DNA of 64,000 nucleotides from Patescibacteria group bacterium (GTDB lineage Bacteria > Patescibacteriota > Patescibacteriia > UBA9570). Below the pieces are notes generated by a model, which searched no databases, had not been told where the DNA came from, and worked only from the letters and a program-made list of their open reading frames with translations. The DNA lies in assembly GCA_041665365.1 (NCBI GenBank), contig JBAYIY010000008.1, forward strand, positions 6,396 through 70,395. The letters are read 5' to 3'. A program made the translations under genes and the position numbers. Positions 29,694-37,777 of the stretch are shown piece after piece; positions within the stretch are counted from its first letter, which is position 1; every line of letters starts with the position of its first letter.

Positions 29694-29857
29694 TTATCCT
29701 TGCTTGCTGTAGGCACGACGAGCATGGGAACCAAATGGTAGGATACATAAGGCTCCGGCTCTATGCATCCCTCCACCGGTTTTCTTGCCTGCAGCAAAGA
29801 GGGATAAAAGAGATGATAGTTAAACTAACTAACACCCGGCTTAAGCCAGGTGTTTTT
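29694..29857 (+). ncRNA. Candidate structured non-coding RNA (rod-like, 6S-like or unknown class)
   Basis: Nested stems TTATCCT/GGGATAA, TTGCTGTAGGCA/TGCCTGCAGCAA, GGGAACC/GGTTTTC, GGAT/ATCC, CATA/TATG (29694-29807); then hairpin AACACCCGGC-TTAA-GCCAGGTGTT plus a T tract. Confidence 0.6.
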
Positions 29858-29858
29858 A

Positions 29859-31736
29859 TTAAGAATTAGTGTTTTTATTGCTGTTCTTATTGTTGCCGTT
29901 TTTGTTGGTATTTTTATTGGTAACTGTATTAGTGTTACTGGTATTCGTGTTTGTATTAGTAATGGTGCTATTGGTGTTGGTATTTGTTGGCGTGGTTTCA
30001 GCAGGTGCATCCGGACCAACGATGCACATTTCTGGCCTGGATTTGTACACACTGGTAAAGGTTTGTTTATCTGTTGTACCATCAGGTTGTTCAATAATAT
30101 AATCAAACGATGCGGTAACACCACTAAATGAGTGACCATCACAGGTGCGAGTACCGGGCGGTAAACTATTATCCACTGTTTCGATAGTTGGTCCGGGAGA
30201 GCTATGATTATAATTGGTCGGGTCAGTAAAGTAGCCTTTCCGCCCATCGGATGTTCCCCAGAATTCAAAATAGATATTACTACCCTCAATGCGTGAGCGC
30301 CATAAGATATAGTGGCCAGTATCATTCAAAAATCTAAAATCAGGTGAAGGATCATAAATTGTAGCATCCACTCCGGCTAAGCCTTTATAAGCATAATAAG
30401 AAATTGCCCAGGAATGATTGCGTCGTTCTACAATTGGTAAGCCAGATAACATGACCGCGCGGAAGGAAGTTGAACCAACTTGGCATAACCCGCCACCGGC
30501 TTCTTTTTCTAATTTGTCTCCCTTGATAACCAGTTCTGAATACCACCCATGTTCAACATCAATTGGTTTTAAGGCATCCAAGAGAGAAAAAGTTTCTCCT
30601 GGGGCAATCAATAAACCATTTAGTATATCCGCGCCTTTACGAATATTGAGTACGCGATTGTAGGGGCTATTGCCAAAGTTAGTTGTGCCAGTACCCAATA
30701 ATTCTTTCACGCCAAGATCATTCAAATTGTCTGGCGTAACGCGTGGATGAGTAACTTCAACCACCAGGGGAATGGTAGTGAGTTTTTTATTCAAGAAATC
30801 AGTTTGCAAAGCGGCCACAGTTTTTTCCATGTTTACACCTAAACCATCAGCACCATCTTCAAATTGAGTTAATTGCACTGTTCCGGCCACTTCATCTAAA
30901 CTAAATTTACCTTCCTTAACCGGAATATCTATCTCACCGGCGATTGGTGCTAAAGTTGTGCGGACAGCTTCAGGGTTTAATATTATTTTAATGGCACCAT
31001 TATTTGGTTCTAAAGTAAACCACGTGGCCAATGCATCAGTTTCAATTGTGTAGGTGCCATCTTCATAGGTGAGAGTTAACGGTGCTAAATCAATCAAACT
31101 TTGTACGTCAGTTAACTTGGCTTTGGCATCAGCCGTTGTAATTGGAGCGGGAGCAGACGACAGCTGTAAAGTTACAGCGACTGGTTGCAGCGTGTTTAAG
31201 TTTTGCTCAACCTCAGCAAGGACTGCATCCCAATTAAAACTAGTACCATCGATATTATCAACGACAGTTAATGTTTTATCATCGGCTAATGTCAGGGTGG
31301 CATTTTGATAAGGAGTGGCTGCATCATCAAACTCAGCTGACAATTGTTCAAGCATGGCCTGACGATCCAACGTATAAACTAGCGGTATATTGGTGCCAAA
31401 CACAGCGGCTTTTAATTGCGCTAATAGGTTTTGCAGACTATCACCCTGTCGTCCGATGGCCTGACCGGCTGCAATGGTTTCGGCCGGGTCAATTGTTACA
31501 GCTTGCTCTAAAGTAAAATTATACTCTTGATAGGTAAAAGACAGACCGTTTTTTGCAATGAGTTCGGCATAAGCAGTAATAGCCGCTGGATCAGTTTGGC
31601 TGGCCATTTTTACTCCAGGATAAAGCTTAGCGGAATAACTAGTTTGATAAATGATATAAAACAACACGACACAAACACCGGCCAGCGCGATACTTCCCCC
31701 AGTGATACTTAATATTTTTGTTGTCCGTGACATCAC
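29859..31736 (-). CDS. VanW family protein with PG-binding-like repeats and an Asn/Thr-rich tail
   Basis: N-terminal TM, RVLNI, PGETFS, GGGLCQV, ERRNHS, DATIY, DFRFLNDT. Confidence 0.9.
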   Translation of the reverse strand: MMSRTTKILSITGGSIALAGVCVVLFYIIYQTSYSAKLYPGVKMASQTDPAAITAYAELIAKNGLSFTYQEYNFTLEQAVTIDPAETIAAGQAIGRQGDSLQNLLAQLKAAVFGTNIPLVYTLDRQAMLEQLSAEFDDAATPYQNATLTLADDKTLTVVDNIDGTSFNWDAVLAEVEQNLNTLQPVAVTLQLSSAPAPITTADAKAKLTDVQSLIDLAPLTLTYEDGTYTIETDALATWFTLEPNNGAIKIILNPEAVRTTLAPIAGEIDIPVKEGKFSLDEVAGTVQLTQFEDGADGLGVNMEKTVAALQTDFLNKKLTTIPLVVEVTHPRVTPDNLNDLGVKELLGTGTTNFGNSPYNRVLNIRKGADILNGLLIAPGETFSLLDALKPIDVEHGWYSELVIKGDKLEKEAGGGLCQVGSTSFRAVMLSGLPIVERRNHSWAISYYAYKGLAGVDATIYDPSPDFRFLNDTGHYILWRSRIEGSNIYFEFWGTSDGRKGYFTDPTNYNHSSPGPTIETVDNSLPPGTRTCDGHSFSGVTASFDYIIEQPDGTTDKQTFTSVYKSRPEMCIVGPDAPAETTPTNTNTNSTITNTNTNTSNTNTVTNKNTNKNGNNKNSNKNTNS

Positions 31737-32243
31737 TTAGGTAGCTTTAACTGGAATGCGCGTGTTTTTTGGGCGATGAGACTTAGGGAGAGTCAGCAAC
31801 AGAACACCATGTTCTAGATTAGCTTCAACCGCATCGTTTTTTATATCAATGGGTAAAATAATCGAACGGGAAAAACCACCCCAATAGCATTCTTGAATAA
31901 AATACTGTTCTGGATTGGTTGGCCCCGGTACCAGGCGTTTTCCCTTAATTGTGACCATGTCATTATTGAGATGCACTTCGATATCTTCACTTTTTATACC
32001 ACCCACAATAGCCCGGACATAGACATTTTTGTCATCTTGATAAACATCAATTGCCAGTTGACCATCGTATTCGTCCGCACTGGTATGTTCAGCGACGGGT
32101 TGAGCATTAGTAACGAGCGTAGTAGTAGTAGTGGTTGTTTCAGCTTGCATGGGTTGAACTTGAAAAAAGTTTTCCGACAGTGAGTAATCTTCACCGCCTA
32201 AATCTTGTAAACGTTGTTTGAATTGTGTTTTTTTTGGTGCCAT
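31737..32243 (-). CDS. Hsp20/alpha-crystallin small heat-shock protein
   Basis: GQLAIDVYQ, ECYWGGFSRSIILP, ANLEHGVL.LTLPK; start inferred. Confidence 0.92.
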   Translation of the reverse strand: MAPKKTQFKQRLQDLGGEDYSLSENFFQVQPMQAETTTTTTTLVTNAQPVAEHTSADEYDGQLAIDVYQDDKNVYVRAIVGGIKSEDIEVHLNNDMVTIKGKRLVPGPTNPEQYFIQECYWGGFSRSIILPIDIKNDAVEANLEHGVLLLTLPKSHRPKNTRIPVKAT

Positions 32244-32292
32244 AATTAGATTCTGTATACAATGCGGAATGTGTTTTGTCAAATCACAATAT

Positions 32293-32367
32293 TGGTAGCC
32301 CCACGGAGAGTCGAACTCCGATTAATGGCTTGAAAAGCCACTGTCCTAACCGTTAGACGATAAGGCC
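32293..32367 (-). tRNA. tRNA-Glu (UUC), CCA encoded
   Basis: Reverse complement: GGCCTTA..GTGGC-TTTTCAA-GCCAT..CGGAG-TTCGACT-CTCCG-TGGGGCT-A-CCA. Confidence 0.88.
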
Positions 32368-32401
32368 ATACGCATAGTATAGCGCTACCGACTATAACTG
32401 A

Positions 32402-33421
32402 TCATTTCCGGTCAGTCAATAGGTTCTCTGGTGCGAATTGCAAAGTACTTTGGGTAATGATAATAACTAGTTGATCAGTCTCTATTATTTTATAAATAAC
32501 AGTTTTATGATGTAAACTGGTTTTAATGGTTTGGTTTTTTACAGTGTAATTAGCTTGGAGTTTATCTAGTAGTTGTTTAATCAAATTGGTCGCTTGAATA
32601 GTTGACCAAGCTTGTTTATCAAAACTCGCTATATTAAAGCCACCATCATTCGGGCATTGATACGATACCTGCCATTGTCTGACCTGACTACGTTGTTGTA
32701 AAAGTGCCATTATGTCCGGATTATATAATAAAGAAATATCATCAATTGAGGCCAATGGTTGGCTTGGAGTGCAACCGGTTTTAGCTAATGCAACATGATC
32801 AATGGTTGGAGCAAACGCCGCATCGTTTTGTGTTGGTAAGCTGGCCTCGATTAGTTTTGGTGAAATAAAGGTTTCGATTAAAGCCGCACACACTAATAAA
32901 GGTATAACCACCAAACCTAACCACCGGAATGATTTCAAAATAAATTGTCCGCGGGTTAGTTGGGTATCAATCAAACGAGGCCAGAGCAATTTTAACAAAG
33001 CGGTCAGACCAAGACTACCGGCAAAAAATATAGCTCCGAGTTCAACTAGGCCATGTGGCAACACGCCTAACACACCACTTTGCCAAGTGCCGGGTTGTAA
33101 GGTATCCATGCGTAACAGTAAATCACCAAAGATACCAACAATTAGGCCGTTACCAATAATGATTATTAAAGTGATAGGGGGAATGAGAGCACTGATAAAC
33201 ACCAGCCCGGCCACTAAAATATTATTTAGAAAAATATTAACCGCTAAGTGCCAATCGGTAGAGGAATTGGCTATGATAGTAGAAAATTTTGCTAAGACAG
33301 TAGTTAGTAGCTCAATTTTTACAGTATCAGGTAAAAACCAGCCGACAAAACTGCCAATCACAAACGTTAGAGCCAGTAAGGCAGTAATCAGGCTCCAAAT
33401 AGTACCAGTGCGTTTAAACAT
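32402..33421 (-). CDS. SpoIIM-family membrane protein with an extra C-terminal soluble domain
   Basis: IFLNN, NGLIVG, LPHGLVEL, AALIETFISP. Confidence 0.85.
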   Translation of the reverse strand: MFKRTGTIWSLITALLALTFVIGSFVGWFLPDTVKIELLTTVLAKFSTIIANSSTDWHLAVNIFLNNILVAGLVFISALIPPITLIIIIGNGLIVGIFGDLLLRMDTLQPGTWQSGVLGVLPHGLVELGAIFFAGSLGLTALLKLLWPRLIDTQLTRGQFILKSFRWLGLVVIPLLVCAALIETFISPKLIEASLPTQNDAAFAPTIDHVALAKTGCTPSQPLASIDDISLLYNPDIMALLQQRSQVRQWQVSYQCPNDGGFNIASFDKQAWSTIQATNLIKQLLDKLQANYTVKNQTIKTSLHHKTVIYKIIETDQLVIIITQSTLQFAPENLLTDRK

Positions 33422-33438
33422 AGTGTATACTGCAGTTT

Positions 33439-33993
33439 GTGAAACAATTCTTGGCCACTAGTATATCACAGATCTTTAATCCAATTCTAATTTGGCCATT
33501 GTTTATAGTTATTATCATTTATCAAGTGCCTGGATTATGGTTAACATTAATTTTGTGTGAAGTAATAATACCAATTATCTTATTAGGTGTATTTATAAAA
33601 CTGGGCTTTGTATCTGATATTGATATCACCAAACGATCTGAGCGAAAATTGTACTTTCTAACTGTCCTAATGGCCCATTTAATTTCTGTCATGGTGTTGT
33701 GGTATTTTGGTAATAGACTGATGGGTGAATTAAGATTGTTAGGTTGGGTGATTGAGTTAGTTGGCATAATAGTTACTTTTTATTGGAAAATTAGTGTCCA
33801 TTTAGCCGCCAACAGTTTTGTGCTTGGGATAGTGCTAATTTTATTTGGGTTAAAGTGGTGGCCGATATTACTGATTTTACCCGGGGTGGCCTGGTCAAGA
33901 ATTTTTTTAAAAAAACACACTTTCGCACAAACCTTGGCCGGTGGCGCTTTACCTTTAGTAGTATTGTTTATCTATGCGTATCTTAGCCATTGA
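33439..33993 (+). CDS. PAP2-like membrane protein
   Basis: WKISVH and WSRIFLKKHT..Q...G motifs. Confidence 0.75.
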   Translation: MKQFLATSISQIFNPILIWPLFIVIIIYQVPGLWLTLILCEVIIPIILLGVFIKLGFVSDIDITKRSERKLYFLTVLMAHLISVMVLWYFGNRLMGELRLLGWVIELVGIIVTFYWKISVHLAANSFVLGIVLILFGLKWWPILLILPGVAWSRIFLKKHTFAQTLAGGALPLVVLFIYAYLSH

Positions 33994-34948
33994 AACTTCC
34001 TGTGATGAATCCAGTGTGGCACTCTTGGATGGTGATGTTGTTACACAATTAACGGCGTCACAAATTGATGTGCATAAAGCAACCGGTGGGGTAGTGCCAG
34101 AAGTGGCGGCGCGCGAACACGTGGCTGTGATGGTACCCTTTGTACAAAGGGTTTTAGAACAAGCCTCAGTGCAACCACAAGAGCTTGATCGCATTGCCGT
34201 CACCGCTGGCCCGGGTTTGATTACCTCTTTATTAGTAGGTGTAGAAACAGCCCGGGCTTTAGCTTATGGTTGGAACAAACCAATCTTTCCAGTAAATCAT
34301 ATTGCCGGTCATATTGCCGCCAATTTTTTAATAAACAAAGATATTCCTTTTCCTGCCATCGCGTTGGTGGTATCCGGTGGGCACACTGAATTATTGTATA
34401 TGCCGAAGCCAGGTGAATATGAATTAATCGGTGCCACACGAGATGATGCCGCCGGTGAGTGTTTTGATAAATGCGCGCGCGTGTTAGGTTTGCCATACCC
34501 TGGGGGGCCGGCTATTTCCGAGCAGGCTAAAACTGGTGCTGCCACACAGTATCTATTTCCCAGACCATTACTGAATCAACCGACTTTCGATTTTTCTTTT
34601 TCCGGATTAAAAACCGCCGTGTTGTATTTTCATCGTGATCACCCTGAGGCACCTTTGGCCGATGTCTGTGCTGGGGTACAAGAGGCATTAGTGCAAACTA
34701 TCTATGGTAAAACGGCGCGCGCTGTTAAAACTTATAATGTAAAAGCTGTCTTGGTGGGCGGTGGTGTGGCCGCGAATGCGGCATTACGAGAAAGATTACA
34801 AACTTTGTCTGTGCCAGTTTTTATTCCACCTTTAGAATATTGTACCGACAATGCCGCCATGATAGCTGCCGCTTGTCGTTTACAAAATGCACCAGCTAAG
34901 TTATTTTCATTTCGAGCCGATCCTAATTGGGAATTAACTATTCGTTAA
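33974..34948 (+). CDS. tsaD: tRNA threonylcarbamoyltransferase TsaD
   Basis: IETSCDE, GGVVPE, HIAGH, SGGHT, DDAAGECFDK, FSFSGLKT, CTDNAAMI. Confidence 0.98.
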   Translation: MRILAIETSCDESSVALLDGDVVTQLTASQIDVHKATGGVVPEVAAREHVAVMVPFVQRVLEQASVQPQELDRIAVTAGPGLITSLLVGVETARALAYGWNKPIFPVNHIAGHIAANFLINKDIPFPAIALVVSGGHTELLYMPKPGEYELIGATRDDAAGECFDKCARVLGLPYPGGPAISEQAKTGAATQYLFPRPLLNQPTFDFSFSGLKTAVLYFHRDHPEAPLADVCAGVQEALVQTIYGKTARAVKTYNVKAVLVGGGVAANAALRERLQTLSVPVFIPPLEYCTDNAAMIAAACRLQNAPAKLFSFRADPNWELTIR

Positions 34949-34949
34949 T

Positions 34950-35390
34950 ATGACCTATCAAGAAAAAAATGGTGCGTATTTAATAAGATTTATGCCGGAT
35001 GAAGAAGTCTGCAGTTTATTACAGCAGTTTTGTCAGGCACATAACCTCACCGGCGGATGGATTAGTGGGTTAGGGGCTGCCAAAGAAGTTGAGTTAGCTC
35101 ATTTCAATATGGTAACAAAACAATATACCAAAAGAGTTTTTCATGAAGTTGAAGTAACCAGTTTTGTGGGTAATATTTCTGTAGAAAAATTGCATCTTCA
35201 TATCACAATTGGGGATGAAACTTTGCAGGCTTATGCTGGACACTGTATGAGATGTGTGGCGAATCCAACTTTAGAAGTAATGATCACACCTTTTTCCGAA
35301 ACTCACAGAAAATTAGATGAATATAGTGGGCTACAATTATTACACCTCCCCAACCCTCCTATTCTAGGAGGGGGCAAGAAAAAAATCTAA
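34950..35390 (+). CDS. PPC/DUF296 domain protein; the last ~15 residues are encoded by a repeat
   Basis: SGLGA, EVTSFVGNIS, HLH, AGH, TLEV. Confidence 0.88.
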   Translation: MTYQEKNGAYLIRFMPDEEVCSLLQQFCQAHNLTGGWISGLGAAKEVELAHFNMVTKQYTKRVFHEVEVTSFVGNISVEKLHLHITIGDETLQAYAGHCMRCVANPTLEVMITPFSETHRKLDEYSGLQLLHLPNPPILGGGKKKI

Positions 35391-35412
35391 TTCTTTATCG
35401 GTGGGGATGGTG
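35343..35412. repeat. Empty (gene-less) copy of the DUF559-flanking element
   Basis: 35343-35399 matches 36149-36204 (one mismatch, one indel) and is joined to TGGGGATGGTGTA, the same end found after the DUF559 gene. Confidence 0.85.
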
Positions 35413-35425
35413 TACTCAATAATAT

Positions 35426-36082
35426 ATGTCTAATATGACCACAAACGATCCTCTTTTCACAGAGATCCTAAAACAAGAAACTACCTTACGTCAGTTAAAA
35501 GAACAACTGTATCAATTAAATCATTTGTCATTTACAGAAGCGCTGAATTTATTGCAACACTTACCAGACGGTTCATATATTAAAAATAATAAAAAAGGGC
35601 TAGAGAAACACGGTGCTATTATTACTGAACATTATTTAACACCCGATTGGGAATATGGTCCCGGTACCAAACTGCGCAGTAAAGAATATTCACTTAATGA
35701 ATTTGCCCAAAGAATAATTTTTGCCCATAGTCGGGATAATTTAGCTTGGATAAAAGACTTGGTTGGTCAGTATATATATCCTCAGGGTGAAGCTGTTTTT
35801 CAAAAACAACAAGCTGAATTAACTGTTAAAATTAAACAGTTGAGTGATATTATTGATCAGTTATGGCGAAAAAAACATCAAGCTTTAATAGAGGAATTAA
35901 GCAAATTTGATACCATTTCCATTCGGTATGCCGATAGTTTAGGGGTGCATATATTTTTATCGGTTGATTGTGGGGGAGATGATAAGATGTATTGGGAAAA
36001 TTGGTTATTTGACGGTGAAGTTTATCACTGTGAATATAGCCCAAACGTGAGTAAAATCGATACTATCGTAGAAGCGGTTTGA
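35426..36082 (+). CDS. Hypothetical protein between two repeat copies
   Basis: 218-aa ORF, no recognisable motif. Confidence 0.75.
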   Translation: MSNMTTNDPLFTEILKQETTLRQLKEQLYQLNHLSFTEALNLLQHLPDGSYIKNNKKGLEKHGAIITEHYLTPDWEYGPGTKLRSKEYSLNEFAQRIIFAHSRDNLAWIKDLVGQYIYPQGEAVFQKQQAELTVKIKQLSDIIDQLWRKKHQALIEELSKFDTISIRYADSLGVHIFLSVDCGGDDKMYWENWLFDGEVYHCEYSPNVSKIDTIVEAV

Positions 36083-36148
36083 ATAAGATATTTAATAACC
36101 TTTCACTGTCAATGAAAAATATTTCTTAAGGTATAACCATCTCGGATG

Positions 36149-36760
36149 CACCTCCCCAACCCTCCTATTCTAGGAGGGGGCAAGAAAAAATCTACTTCTT
36201 TATCTAACCCTTCCTACAATAGGAAGGGTGCCCGAGTCCGCGAGGGCGGGAAGGTGTTCTGAGACTCAAAATTTCAAGTTGACAGTGTTGATTTTTTTTG
36301 ATAATCTTCAAGTAAAGAGCGCCACCTAAGATTGGGGCTTTTTTATGTATATACGATCGTCGAATCGCAATATTCTTCAATACGATCAGAAGCTTAGATG
36401 GATTGCAAAATCATTAAGAAAAAACGCCACAGATGCCGAGCTAATACTCTGGCAAGAATTACGAACAAGAAAACTAGGTTATAAATTTAGACGTCAACAT
36501 GCACTACATGGGTACATTGTTGATTTCTATTGTTATGAAAAGATGTTGGTAATTGAAGTTGATGGTTCTATCCACAATATGAAAAATGATCATGATCATT
36601 CAAAAGATGACATTTTAAAATTAAATGGTTTCAAAGTGATAAGGTTTACAAATGAAGTAGTTATATGTCGTCTCGCAGAAGTCATAAATACCATTCAACA
36701 ACATCTAACTCAATAAATGCTCTTACTCCCTTCCTACAATAGGAAGGGCTGGGGATGGTG
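36149..36760. mobile_element. Putative DUF559-nuclease element with structured terminal inverted repeats
   Basis: Left end CACCTCCCCAACCCTCCTATTCTAGGAGGGGGCAAGA resembles the reverse complement of right end TCTTACTCCCTTCCTACAATAGGAAGGGCTGGGGATGGTG; identical 21-bp hairpins at 36208-36228 and 36728-36748. Confidence 0.6.
36345..36716 (+). CDS. DUF559 / Vsr-like endonuclease
   Basis: LRKNATDAE..LWQELR, KFRRQH, YIVDFYC, LVIEVDGSIH, GFKVIRFTN; TTGACA promoter at 36279. Confidence 0.92.
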   Translation: MYIRSSNRNILQYDQKLRWIAKSLRKNATDAELILWQELRTRKLGYKFRRQHALHGYIVDFYCYEKMLVIEVDGSIHNMKNDHDHSKDDILKLNGFKVIRFTNEVVICRLAEVINTIQQHLTQ

Positions 36761-36805
36761 TATTCCAGTTTGACCTGTCTACCATTCAATGGTAGTTATA
36801 CTGTT

Positions 36806-37777
36806 ATGGATTATATTGATCGCATCTACGGTTCAACTGACATCACTGAACCAGTTATTCTTGAGATCATGGCCTCTGACGCCATGCAGCGTTTGAAAAA
36901 AGTGAATCAATATGGGGCGAGTTTTTATCGCTTTAGTCATCTCACCACGAATCGGTTTGAACATTGTGTAGGCGTGTATCTATTATTACGGGAGTTTAAT
37001 GCCACACTCGAGGAACAAATTGCTGGTTTACTACATGATGTCCCTCATACCGCATTTTCCCATGTCATAGATTTTGTGTTTGGTGGATCAGAAGTTGGGA
37101 CGTTTCATGAGGAATTTCATAAAGAGGTGATCGATAATTCAACTATTCCGGCCATTCTAAAAAAATACGGTTTTAATCTTACTCAATTAATGGATAAACA
37201 CCGTTTTCATTTATTAGAGCGGGATTTGCCGGATTTGTGCATGGATCGCATTGATTACTGTTATCGTGATCTAGTGACAGATCGTATTATGACGCTAGAA
37301 GAAGTTAAATATTTACGCTCGCACATGATTCGTTATGAAGATTATTTGATATTTGATGACGAAAAAGCCGCGCGCATGTTTGCCGATAAATTTCGGTTAG
37401 GCGATCAACGGTTATGGGGACACCCACTGCAGGCGGCTTTGTATTATTTATTTGCCAATGCTTTAAAAGTAGCCTTGTTTGAAAATATCATCACTTTCAA
37501 AGATTTATTTTCAGTTGATGAAGTGGTCTATGAAAAATTGGCGCAATCAAAACACCCGCTGATTGTAAAAAATCTGGCGCAAGTAAAACAGATTCACGTG
37601 GTAGAAGATTCAGCTGATTATGATTTTTATATCAAAACTAAAATCCGCATGGTTGATCCGTTTATTTTAATAAATGGTGCTCTGGTCAGATTGTCATATT
37701 GTGATAAAGCCTTCCAAGCTCTACAAGAGTCTTATCGACAAAAACGTCAGGAAGGGTATTATCTACGCATAGTATGA
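36806..37777 (+). CDS. HD-domain phosphohydrolase
   Basis: DRIYG, MQRLK, RFEHCVG, LLHDVPHTAFSH, DRIDY; start ATG 36806. Confidence 0.9.
   Translation: MDYIDRIYGSTDITEPVILEIMASDAMQRLKKVNQYGASFYRFSHLTTNRFEHCVGVYLLLREFNATLEEQIAGLLHDVPHTAFSHVIDFVFGGSEVGTFHEEFHKEVIDNSTIPAILKKYGFNLTQLMDKHRFHLLERDLPDLCMDRIDYCYRDLVTDRIMTLEEVKYLRSHMIRYEDYLIFDDEKAARMFADKFRLGDQRLWGHPLQAALYYLFANALKVALFENIITFKDLFSVDEVVYEKLAQSKHPLIVKNLAQVKQIHVVEDSADYDFYIKTKIRMVDPFILINGALVRLSYCDKAFQALQESYRQKRQEGYYLRIV

Noticed and set aside
29694-29807. SRP (4.5S) RNA call for the 114-nt rod
   Set aside because: The length fits, but the GNRA tetraloop and the CAGG/AGCAG internal loop of helix 8 are absent.
29636-30325. ORFs 29636-29869, 29825-30325, 29850-30131 and 29869-30102
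   Set aside because: They are shadow frames of the low-complexity VanW tail or start upstream of the promoter; none looks protein-like.
32802-33461. 219-aa plus-strand ORF and other long antisense ORFs (6720-7205, 63308-63910, 4310-4669, 45256-45630)
   Set aside because: Each is fully antisense to a well-supported gene and has no motifs.
36755-36805. N-terminal extension of the HD protein
   Set aside because: The ATG lies inside the right repeat arm; family similarity begins at ATG 36806.
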